Below, in pieces: positions 1 through 7,931 of a stretch of 64,000 nt of DNA. A model generated the notes under the pieces. The model saw only the letters and a program-made list of their open reading frames with translations. It made no database searches and was not told the origin of the DNA. The stretch is from Candidatus Poriferihabitaceae bacterium (GTDB lineage: Bacteria; Pseudomonadota; Gammaproteobacteria; Arenicellales; Poriferihabitantaceae): the NCBI GenBank assembly GCA_965223465.1, contig OZ245025.1, positions 2,253,900 to 2,317,899 on the forward strand, read 5' to 3'. The number at the start of each line of letters is the position of its first letter. The first letter of the stretch is position 1. The position numbers were made by a program, and so were the translations under genes.

Positions 1-2165
1 TAAGCATTGTTGCCAATCACCAGCGCGTAGAATTTGCCAAATTTTATTTTCGGGGTCGTCAATTTGCCCCCGCCGGTCAATGCCAGACGACCTGTTGTGG
101 TGGGTTCAATCACCAATGCGGTCTTACTAGATCTGCCTTGCTCGTCGACAGCTTCTATTTCTACGGTTTGGGCGGTGTCTGAAATCTCTACGGTGGTTAA
201 AAACAATCCATTGGTATCCAGTTGTTCGGTTTTACCGTTAACTTTAAACTGGCTTATGGTCTTGTTGGGATAGACTGCTCCCACGATATTCACCACCGAG
301 CCTGCACCCACTACTGCTTTTTTAATCCCGTCTGACGCATCTAATTTGGGCCATCGCAAGGCGATGACCGGCCCGTCCTTGGGTACCATTTTATCGATCT
401 GGTGATTGGCTTGGTCGCGTTCGCGCTTGAGCTGTTCAAGACTTGCTTTTAGTTTTTCATTATTGCTTTCTTCCTGTTCAAGCAATTCTTGTTTGGCCTG
501 CAACGTCGCCTCCAATTGCTCAAAGCTTTCTTTTTTGGGCAATGCGGCAATGCTCGCTTTTAATGAATCTATAGTTGCGTATGCCGTTTGAATTTCTACG
601 TTTTTAGTCTCCACAGATTGATTAATATTTTGTAGTTTTTGGCTGGCCTCCGCGAGTTGCGCCTCCAATCCTTTTACATAAGCCGAATTATCAGCATTAC
701 TTTTACTCGCGTCGTTTAATCGATCATTGAGCATTTTGACATTGCCCTGTTGCTTGCTTATTTCAATTTCGAGTAATTGCAGTTGGTTCTGATAGTATTT
801 TTCCCTTGCTTGTAAGGTATCTTTGACCTTCGCCAGTTGATCGGCGGGCTCCAATTGGGCGCTTTGATCCTTAAGGGCAAGTAATTCCTTTTCCAAAAGC
901 TGAATTTGCTGCTCTTGACGAACCGTAAGCACCGCCCAATCTTCAGCGACCTGCCGGGCATGCTCAAGATCATATTTATATGCGCTGATGTCGGCTGTAT
1001 TGTCTTGATCGGCCCCAACCAACTTGGCTTTCAATTCCTTGACCAAATCTTGTTGTGCCGTATATTGCTTTGTCATCTTCGCCAAATCTTGACTCAAAGC
1101 CTCCTTTTCCTTGGTGAGTTGTTTCTTAACCAACTTAAGTTGCTTTTCCGGCGATTTGTTTTCGATTGAAGCTTGCAGCTTTGCGAGCTTCGTTTTTAGT
1201 GCTTCGGTCGCTTTTTCCTTTTTTCGGGCCTGACGTTGTTGTGCCTTTAACGTTTTTTGTGCCGCTTTTAGTTCATCCGCGATAAACGTGTTGGTCGACT
1301 CACCCGTCCGCGCGATTTCAAGTTCAGACCTTAATGCAGCCATCATTAGCTTATGCGAGTCCAGTGCTTTGCGCGCTTCTGCTAGCTCGGTTTCCATTTT
1401 TAAGGTATCGGGTCTACCCTTTGGCGGCGCCCCACTTTTCGATTCTTTTAGCGCTTGCTCTTGTTGCGCAACATCTGCCTTGAGCTTTTGTATATTTTGT
1501 TTTGACTGACCCAGGCGGCCTTGTAGCCGGGTTAATTTGGCAGATAATTCTGCCGAGGTTTGTTTCTCCTGGCTGAGCGCCTGACGTAAAGATTGTATCT
1601 CCTGTGTGTCTTCCAGTCGGGCTTTTTCAAATACGGATGCGTATTCGATTTGTTCACCGTCCAACCCAGATGCCTTGCGATACAGGTTCATCGCTTTGGC
1701 CAAATCTTTTTCCACCCCCATGCCACCTTCATACATTCTGCCCAGACTCATCAATGCCGGACCATAATTCTGCGCAGCAGATTTTTTATACCACACCAGC
1801 GCAAGATCAACATCAGGTGGCTGGCCCATCCCCTTTTCGTAAATCTCTCCTACATAATACTGCGCCTCAGCCTCGCCCAGGGTGGCAGACTCCAGCCAAA
1901 CTTTCAGCGCACTGGCAACCGTCGCACGGTCATATTTAACGTAGTCACCGCCACGAATCTCACACTCATCCGCTGACGCTTTGATAGGGCGCTTTTTCGA
2001 AACATAGGCTCGTCGGGTACCCAACTGGCTTACCTTGCCTGGCAACATGCAGTCCACGATCAGCGCATTGTCGGCAATGAGTTTTTTAGCTGCGGCTAAC
2101 TGGCTTATCGCCACCAAAGAACTGGTGAGAAAGCACACCAGCAATGATTTGATCGATTTATTCAT
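1..2165 (-). CDS. Secreted Sel1-repeat / long coiled-coil / caspase-like (peptidase C14) protein; partial, C-terminal part lies outside the window
   Basis: Missing from the ORF track because it runs off the left edge. The reverse-strand ATG at 2165-2163 (MNKSIKSLLVCFLTSSLVAISQLAAA, signal-like) stays open down to base 3; I checked the frame at several points. Sel1-type repeats are present (AQYYVGEIYEKGMG, LVWYKKSAAQNYGPALMSLGRMYEGGMG, AMNLYRKA). They are followed by ~400 aa of Q/E/K/L-rich coiled coil. The last residues, FYALVIGNNA, match the typical first strand of a caspase fold. Confidence 0.7.
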   Translation of the reverse strand, partial: MNKSIKSLLVCFLTSSLVAISQLAAAKKLIADNALIVDCMLPGKVSQLGTRRAYVSKKRPIKASADECEIRGGDYVKYDRATVASALKVWLESATLGEAEAQYYVGEIYEKGMGQPPDVDLALVWYKKSAAQNYGPALMSLGRMYEGGMGVEKDLAKAMNLYRKASGLDGEQIEYASVFEKARLEDTQEIQSLRQALSQEKQTSAELSAKLTRLQGRLGQSKQNIQKLKADVAQQEQALKESKSGAPPKGRPDTLKMETELAEARKALDSHKLMMAALRSELEIARTGESTNTFIADELKAAQKTLKAQQRQARKKEKATEALKTKLAKLQASIENKSPEKQLKLVKKQLTKEKEALSQDLAKMTKQYTAQQDLVKELKAKLVGADQDNTADISAYKYDLEHARQVAEDWAVLTVRQEQQIQLLEKELLALKDQSAQLEPADQLAKVKDTLQAREKYYQNQLQLLEIEISKQQGNVKMLNDRLNDASKSNADNSAYVKGLEAQLAEASQKLQNINQSVETKNVEIQTAYATIDSLKASIAALPKKESFEQLEATLQAKQELLEQEESNNEKLKASLEQLKRERDQANHQIDKMVPKDGPVIALRWPKLDASDGIKKAVVGAGSVVNIVGAVYPNKTISQFKVNGKTEQLDTNGLFLTTVEISDTAQTVEIEAVDEQGRSSKTALVIEPTTTGRLALTGGGKLTTPKIKFGKFYALVIGNNA

Positions 2166-2204
2166 CCTCCTTCTCCTGTATGTTATCGGGTTTGCACTAT
2201 CGTC

Positions 2205-2963
2205 TTAGCAGTCGACTCGCTTTACATCTGCGATACCATAAGTCTGTAATTGATTGTCCGGGCGGCCACAGTAAGTCACTGTGCCGACACCTCGCATCAC
2301 ACCCGCCAAAACACCTTTGCCGCTAAACGCCAGGTCAACGCTACTGGTACCATCTATATCAAGTTGGGCCAGTTCTACCTGGCTGTTGGAAAAATCAAGT
2401 GTCGAAACGCCACTTGCGATATGGTGTAATGTTGCGATTTTATTGTTATCACCATGCAAATTAGAGACACCATACAAAGCGAGTGATAACGCGGTTTGGT
2501 TAAAGTTTTCAACACGAGCAGTCTGGACACTATTGAGATCAAGCGCTGATATTGAGGGCATACCAAGCATTACTTTAAACCTGGCATTTTGATAACTACC
2601 ATTCTCTAGCGAAATAATGAGCATATTGCCTTGTTGCTCGACCCTGACCTTTTCCAGCAAATTGCTATCGGCTTGTACCTGTACGGAATACTCATCCGCC
2701 CGCTTAAGCAGCAATTCAATATTCTGCGCAGTGACCGCATCAAACCCTTTAAAATCCAATTCCTTTACGACGATATCGCCATTGCCTTTAAGCGTTGAAC
2801 CTTGATCCGTGCAGGTATTGGTACACACGCCATTGATACAATTGCTGGTGCAGTTTAGTCCACTAGCAGATTGCACTATCGTGCCTGCATTCACGGCGGA
2901 ACAAGACAACAACAAGGCCGTACCAACCACTATCGTATTAAACCCAATGCTTAAATCAGACAT
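2205..2963 (-). CDS. GIN-domain / DUF2807-like secreted protein (putative adhesin-head-like beta structure)
   Basis: 252 aa with an N-terminal hydrophobic signal. GNGDIVVKELDFKGFDAV followed by repeated short strand motifs (VSNLHG, VSTLDFS, SSVDLAFSG, GVGTVTY) is the DUF2807 pattern. There is only a 1-nt gap to the upstream gene. Confidence 0.55.
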   Translation of the reverse strand: MSDLSIGFNTIVVGTALLLSCSAVNAGTIVQSASGLNCTSNCINGVCTNTCTDQGSTLKGNGDIVVKELDFKGFDAVTAQNIELLLKRADEYSVQVQADSNLLEKVRVEQQGNMLIISLENGSYQNARFKVMLGMPSISALDLNSVQTARVENFNQTALSLALYGVSNLHGDNNKIATLHHIASGVSTLDFSNSQVELAQLDIDGTSSVDLAFSGKGVLAGVMRGVGTVTYCGRPDNQLQTYGIADVKRVDC

Positions 2964-2964
2964 C

Positions 2965-3498
2965 TCATTGCGATAAGGTAGTAATGGCTACCCGTCTGTT
3001 CGCCGCGGCGTAAGGATTGCTCTGATCCAACAATTCAGTTTCTCCTTTGCCAATCAACTTAAGATTTGTCGGGTCTACTGCAAAATTACTATGCAGGTAC
3101 TGCCCGACAGACTTCGCACGACGTTGGGATAAATTAAGATTATATTGATCGCTTCCTGATGCGTCCGTATGACCCTCAAGCTTGAAAGAAAGCCCAGCAA
3201 GTTCATTTGAATTTAACGCTGCACCAAGTGGTTCCAGTTGCGCAATAGCCTGCTGCGTTAGCTCAGCCGAATTAAGCTTAAACTGGATCTCCATAGAGAT
3301 TGATTTTTCCGATACGGGTGCCTGCGCTTGCGATTGATTCAAACGAATACCGCGTGTTAGCACCTGGGGTTGCAGTGCGCTGATGATCTCATCTTTATTC
3401 ATCACCCTGGTGCCAACATGGGTGGTTGAATCCGCCCACGCAATGCCATAACCCAAACAGCCGCTGATCAATAGTGTTGTTAATAGTTTTGTATTCAT
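2965..3498 (-). CDS. OmpA-like peptidoglycan-binding protein
   Basis: 177 aa with a signal/lipobox-like N-terminus (LLISGCLG). The C-terminal motif is LEGHTDASGSDQYNLNLSQRRAKSV...NRRVAI. Confidence 0.8.
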   Translation of the reverse strand: MNTKLLTTLLISGCLGYGIAWADSTTHVGTRVMNKDEIISALQPQVLTRGIRLNQSQAQAPVSEKSISMEIQFKLNSAELTQQAIAQLEPLGAALNSNELAGLSFKLEGHTDASGSDQYNLNLSQRRAKSVGQYLHSNFAVDPTNLKLIGKGETELLDQSNPYAAANRRVAITTLSQ

Positions 3499-3501
3499 GG
3501 T

Positions 3502-3825
3502 TTAGTCCTCTATAAAAATGCAAAATGTTGCACCAAAATCATAAAAGTAAAGCTTTTGCTTGCCCTTGTATAAAACCCTCGCCTGACTTTTATCTCCTAG
3601 TCTCCAGTTGTTTTCGACCACAATTAGGTCGCCGTCCTGCCAGCATCTAAGCTGGTCTTTTTTATAATTGACCGCGCTTTTTTCAACGCTGGGTCTGTTG
3701 ATCGTTGTACTAATTCCATCGCTGTTAACCGGTGGCGCTGACTTATGTTGTGTGACTTCAGCGTACCCTACACTGGCAAGCAGTAATATGATGGCCGGTA
3801 CGAATATAAGTTTTTTAATCTTCAT
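3502..3825 (-). CDS. Small secreted protein, unknown function
   Basis: 107 aa with a clear signal peptide (MKIKKLIFVPAIILLLASVGYA). Tightly packed inside the operon, with 2-3 nt gaps on both sides. Confidence 0.5.
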   Translation of the reverse strand: MKIKKLIFVPAIILLLASVGYAEVTQHKSAPPVNSDGISTTINRPSVEKSAVNYKKDQLRCWQDGDLIVVENNWRLGDKSQARVLYKGKQKLYFYDFGATFCIFIED

Positions 3826-3827
3826 GG

Positions 3828-5447
3828 CTACTGCACCTTGATTGTATAAGTTGTTTTTGCGTATCTACCCGTCGTCGCCTTCTCATACTCCTTAAAAATT
3901 TCTTCTGCTGAGGCGATGGGTAAAGAATCAAAGTCTGCCAGCCGTAACTTGGCAGGCAAATCCGCCTGGATTTTTTCGGTGGTGAGTACGCAATGTATTT
4001 TTTCACCATCTTTATCTGAGGTAATGGAATACGCGGGCGAGTCCGGTAGGGTAATCAGGCCTTTATTAGATATGAACCCGTCAGCAGAAAAGCGGTTGGG
4101 AAAAATTCGCGCATAGACATCTCCGCTTTCCATATAACAATCAACATAACCGTTGGTATTGCTTTTTACCGTCAGGAAAATATCTTCACCCGCGACATAG
4201 CTTTCTTTGACACTAGACGAAGCCAGCGTTATCGACAGCTTTTCGGGGGTTGCCGGCTTACCCGCTAAGGCCAGCTGCTGCTCCTCGCTGCGCTTGGAAA
4301 AAATCGGTTCAGGCTTAGCGTTAGCTTTGGCGACCTGCTTTTTTTTCTGCACGACGTACGCCAGTTTTGAACTATCGATGCTGTTAGGTGAGTCATTTAA
4401 AAACGCCCGGTAAAAAGCCAGATCAACCCCACCATTGGGCTCCAGACCCAAGCGCTCTTTATATTTAATAACCGCAGCCTGATACTCTGGGGTAATGCTT
4501 GTATCCAGAGGGCCCGCATAGTAACCCCTGAGATACAAATGCACTTTAGTCTCACTGTGAATCGTTCCGGATTGCGTGAGCTGATAGTGCCAATCAGACA
4601 GCTCTCGTTCGATAGTTGGATGATCAGCGTCTAATCCAAGGCATTTCCAGTAGGGTAGCTTGGCCATTTTTCCTGCCAGTTCGATGGCAGATAATTCAAT
4701 TAGTGCCCGCAGCGCCTGCGCCTGCCCGTCACTTCTCCCGGTAGAAATACTATAATTAATACCGGTTTTCTGAATACCTGCATCAAAACCTCCACCCTTA
4801 CCAGTTTTATAGATCACCACCGCATTTCGGGTAGTAACACCCGGGATCACGGCCATGTTGTGCGTGGTAATCACACTAAGATCCAGCCCCAGAATCGAGC
4901 CAGCGTTACTGGCAGACAGACCAAAGCCACCACCAAATTTTTTGCCATCTGAGGTACCGCCAGTTTGTAAGCCAGCGTCAGCCTGTTTGCGTAATAAATC
5001 CTTATCCAGCTGAGATACCGCACCAATGATGTCATAAGGCGGGATATTCTGATAGGCGCCTTTTTGTTCCGCTGAGTTTAAAAACGCAACCAGGTTACCC
5101 GAGTCATTCCCGAATGCGATGACCTGAATGGCCTGGCTCCGACGCGTCATGTCAGAAATTGCTGATATCAGCATTTCGCGTGTACCCGCTTTGACTTTAT
5201 CGGTTTTATCCTTGATATCTTCGAGTAGCATTACATAGCTATTGGGTGCAAACCCGAAGGCCACAAACATATTGTCCATGCAACGCAGGCCTTCGGCGAA
5301 ATCAGTAATATTTCGCTCCGGTAGCTCACGTGGGCCTTTTCGTAGCGCCTGTATTTCTTCTTCAGTTTCCTGGATAACCTTGGTGACACAGCCATTCAAA
5401 ACCAAAGTGGCTGCGATTATGATTGATCCCATTATTTTAGTTTTCAT
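3828..5447 (-). CDS. CsgG/HfaB-like lipoprotein fused to a peptidoglycan-binding-like module and a DUF4384-like C-terminal domain
   Basis: 539 aa with a lipobox (TLVLNGC). The N-terminal ~280 aa follow the CsgG-family layout (EDIKDKTDKVKAGTREMLISAISDM, PYDIIGAVSQLD, ILGLDLSVITTHNMAVIPG, AQALRALIELSAIELAGKM). The PG_binding_1-like segment is GPLDTSITPEYQAAVIKYKERLGLEPNGGVD. The DUF4384-like segment is YVAGEDIFLTVKSNTNGYVDCYMESGDVYARIFPN. Confidence 0.6.
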   Translation of the reverse strand: MKTKIMGSIIIAATLVLNGCVTKVIQETEEEIQALRKGPRELPERNITDFAEGLRCMDNMFVAFGFAPNSYVMLLEDIKDKTDKVKAGTREMLISAISDMTRRSQAIQVIAFGNDSGNLVAFLNSAEQKGAYQNIPPYDIIGAVSQLDKDLLRKQADAGLQTGGTSDGKKFGGGFGLSASNAGSILGLDLSVITTHNMAVIPGVTTRNAVVIYKTGKGGGFDAGIQKTGINYSISTGRSDGQAQALRALIELSAIELAGKMAKLPYWKCLGLDADHPTIERELSDWHYQLTQSGTIHSETKVHLYLRGYYAGPLDTSITPEYQAAVIKYKERLGLEPNGGVDLAFYRAFLNDSPNSIDSSKLAYVVQKKKQVAKANAKPEPIFSKRSEEQQLALAGKPATPEKLSITLASSSVKESYVAGEDIFLTVKSNTNGYVDCYMESGDVYARIFPNRFSADGFISNKGLITLPDSPAYSITSDKDGEKIHCVLTTEKIQADLPAKLRLADFDSLPIASAEEIFKEYEKATTGRYAKTTYTIKVQ

Positions 5448-5462
5448 GATATTGCTCCTTTT

Positions 5463-5807
5463 CTATTTACAATTATTACCCGCGTTTATGACGTCGCCGG
5501 TGATAATGACATCGACTTGCTGGGGTGTACCAAACGGTTTGTCGTTGGTGACATTGCCAATATCCACCACGCCACATTTTTCCTCTTCAAACCCGGATGA
5601 GACATCCCCTTCAACATCATCGGGGATGGACTTATCCATTAATTCGTTTTGCAGCACACGCCCTTTTGCCTTAAATCGAGAAACTTTCGCGTTTTGTGCA
5701 TCATCAAAATCCAACTCGCCTGCATAAGCGGTTTGTGATAATCCGATTACCAGGCCCAAGCACAAGCTTGCGAGGTAATACGCCATATTTCCTTGTTGTG
5801 TTTTCAT
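5463..5807 (-). CDS. Small secreted acidic protein, unknown function (accessory-factor candidate)
   Basis: 114 aa with a signal peptide ending AYAGE. Lies between the repeat-protein genes and the CsgG-like gene. Confidence 0.45.
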   Translation of the reverse strand: MKTQQGNMAYYLASLCLGLVIGLSQTAYAGELDFDDAQNAKVSRFKAKGRVLQNELMDKSIPDDVEGDVSSGFEEEKCGVVDIGNVTNDKPFGTPQQVDVIITGDVINAGNNCK

Positions 5808-5812
5808 ATGAT

Positions 5813-6703
5813 CTACTCCGCTGATCCAATACTAATTTCATTAATCGTCCCAGCGCCGGAGGCACCTTGTATGATGTTTCCGACACGTACATTGGCCGCA
5901 TGACCACCCGTACCAATGTTGCTCGCTGAGCCAATACTCAGCATATTCTTACTGCCTACTCCTGAAACCCCTTGTACGACCTCACCGACTTGCACGTTCA
6001 CGTTCATTTCTCCAACCGCAGCATTTCGGGCTGAACCAATATCAATCAAATTCTGGTTGAATACCCCGCCTGCTGATTGAGAAATGCTACCTACACTGGT
6101 ATCGCTACTGAAAACACCAACTCCAGAATTTCGTACCGCTCCCACATTCGCCTCATTGGTATTGGATAGCCCGGAATTGGACTGGGTGATATCACCAACT
6201 GTTGCATTTGACTGAAAACTATCGACCGTTGAGTTGCGGATTGCACCGATATTCAACTCATTGCGCCCCGAGATACCTGTGTGGGTTTGCAGCACAGTGC
6301 CTACCGACGTGTTTGACTCTACCGCGCCCGTCGTTGCATTTTGGACTGCGCCTATATTTAGCTCATTGGTGTTAAATAAGCCCTGGTTAGATTGAATGAT
6401 AGTGGTTGCCGACATATTGGTATTGAGCGCGCCTGTTGCAGAATTGTTGACCCCGCCCAGGTTAGCTTGGTTTTGGTTCGAGAGCCCCGTGGTGGTTTGC
6501 AATATGCTACCGACCGAGGTGCTAGTGTTCAGCGCACCCGTCTCAGAACCGACAACCGCGCCTGCATTTACATTATTTTGCTGATTCAGACCCAAATCGT
6601 TCTGAATGATCGAGCCGGTAACGGTATTGCTCGACTGGGCAAATAACAGACTACTACAAAACAGTAATTGTCCTATTGCCGATATTGATATTAGTCGCTT
6701 CAT
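5813..6703 (-). CDS. Secreted Q/N/G/S-rich tandem-repeat protein (about eight degenerate ~35-aa repeats), curlin-like composition
   Basis: 296 aa with a signal peptide (LLFCSSLLFAQS). The repeats follow the pattern G-x-I/V-x-Q-x3-G-L/I-x-N-x-N-E/x-x-N-I/V-G-A-V-x-N-x3-G, for example GTVLQTHTGISGRNELNIGAIRNSTVDSFQSNATV. Confidence 0.7.
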   Translation of the reverse strand: MKRLISISAIGQLLFCSSLLFAQSSNTVTGSIIQNDLGLNQQNNVNAGAVVGSETGALNTSTSVGSILQTTTGLSNQNQANLGGVNNSATGALNTNMSATTIIQSNQGLFNTNELNIGAVQNATTGAVESNTSVGTVLQTHTGISGRNELNIGAIRNSTVDSFQSNATVGDITQSNSGLSNTNEANVGAVRNSGVGVFSSDTSVGSISQSAGGVFNQNLIDIGSARNAAVGEMNVNVQVGEVVQGVSGVGSKNMLSIGSASNIGTGGHAANVRVGNIIQGASGAGTINEISIGSAE

Positions 6704-6776
6704 GTTTACTTGAATGTGGGATGCCCGGAAAAGGCCATTTACGCCATTACGTATCGCGAAAATGGCCTTGATCCAT

Positions 6777-7931
6777 TTACCTCACTGAACCAACAGCTGC
6801 ATCATTCTCAGCCGTCAAGCCCAACGCGCTTTGGTTAATCGCGCCGGAAGCAGTGGTGTTATTCAGATTGCCATTCACATTTGAATTAATGATGGAACCT
6901 ACCGCTGCCTTGTTACTTGCAGTCAAGCCCAACGCACTTTGGTTAATCGCGCCGGAAGCAGTGGTATTACGCACATCACCGTTAACACTTGAATTTACTA
7001 CCGAGCCTACCGCAGCTTCATTGTTAGCTGTTAAGCCCAATGCGCTTTGATTGATTACACCAGAGGCCGTGGTATTCTGAACATCACCATTAACGTTTGA
7101 GTCCACCACTGAACCTACTCTCGCCTTGTTATCGGCAGTTAAGCCCAATGCGCTCTGATTAATCGCACCAGAAACAGTCGTATTTCGCACGTCACCGTTA
7201 ATGCTTGAATTAGCCACCGAGCCGACGTCCGCCGTATTATCAGCTGTCAAGCCTAGAGCACTTTGGTTGATCGTGTTGGACACAGTGGCGTTCTGAACAT
7301 CACCGTTGACGCTTGAATCTACTACCGAACCGACCGCTGCCTTGTTGCTGGCCGTCAAGCCCAGCGCACTTTGGTTGATGGCACCGGACACAGTGTTGTT
7401 TTGAACATCACCATTAATGCGTGATCTAACAACTGAACCTACTGCAGCTTCGTTGTTTGCAGTCAATCCCAGTGCACTTTGGTTTATTACACCAGAAGCA
7501 GTGTTGTTCTGAACATCACCATTGACACGTGAATCAACCACTGAACCGACCGCAGCCTTGTTGCTGGCAGTCAGACCTACAGCGCTTTGATTAATGGCAC
7601 CAGAGGCAGTGTTATTCTGAACATCACCATTGATGGTTGAACCCACCACTGAACCAACCGCAGCTTCGTTTTCTGCAGTCAAGCCCAGCGCACTTTGATT
7701 AATCACGCCGGAAGCGGTGTTGTTTTGCACATCACCGTTTACAGTTGAACCCACCACTGAACCAACCGCAGCCTTATTGCTGGCGGTGAGGCCCACAGCG
7801 CTTTGATTAATGGCGCCAGAGACAGTATTGTTCTGTACGTCACCGTTTATAGTTGACTGAGCAGAAGCTGTACCCGCAACCATCGTAGGTAAGCTCGCTG
7901 CCAGCAGAATAGTTAGTAATTTACGTTTCAT
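6777..7931 (-). CDS. Secreted tandem-repeat protein, 10 x 36 aa (NGDVQNNTASGAINQSALGLTASNKAAVGSVVxSxV), putative beta-solenoid / amyloid-like fibre subunit
   Basis: 384 aa. After the signal peptide (LAASLPTMVAGTASAQS) the whole mature protein is ten head-to-tail 36-aa repeats. It is the first gene of the operon. Confidence 0.75.
   Translation of the reverse strand: MKRKLLTILLAASLPTMVAGTASAQSTINGDVQNNTVSGAINQSAVGLTASNKAAVGSVVGSTVNGDVQNNTASGVINQSALGLTAENEAAVGSVVGSTINGDVQNNTASGAINQSAVGLTASNKAAVGSVVDSRVNGDVQNNTASGVINQSALGLTANNEAAVGSVVRSRINGDVQNNTVSGAINQSALGLTASNKAAVGSVVDSSVNGDVQNATVSNTINQSALGLTADNTADVGSVANSSINGDVRNTTVSGAINQSALGLTADNKARVGSVVDSNVNGDVQNTTASGVINQSALGLTANNEAAVGSVVNSSVNGDVRNTTASGAINQSALGLTASNKAAVGSIINSNVNGNLNNTTASGAINQSALGLTAENDAAVGSVR
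6780..7859 (-). repeat. Ten in-frame tandem 108-bp repeats inside the 6777..7931 gene
   Basis: Direct DNA recurrence at a 108-bp period. For example gtcaagcccaacgc[g/a]ctttggttaatcgcgccggaagcagtggt occurs at ~6815 and again at ~6923, with related copies through ~7800. Confidence 0.85.

Noticed and set aside
406-1976. Several plus-strand ORFs of 60-127 aa at the left end of the window
   Set aside because: All are antisense to the long edge-truncated Sel1/coiled-coil ORF. Their S/L/C-rich low-complexity sequences are what the complement of a Q/E/K/L coiled-coil gene would give.
6780-7859. Regular 108-bp periodicity could be mistaken for a CRISPR-like or satellite array
   Set aside because: There are no unique spacers. 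The repeats are contiguous, in frame, and encode a coherent 36-aa protein repeat behind a signal peptide.
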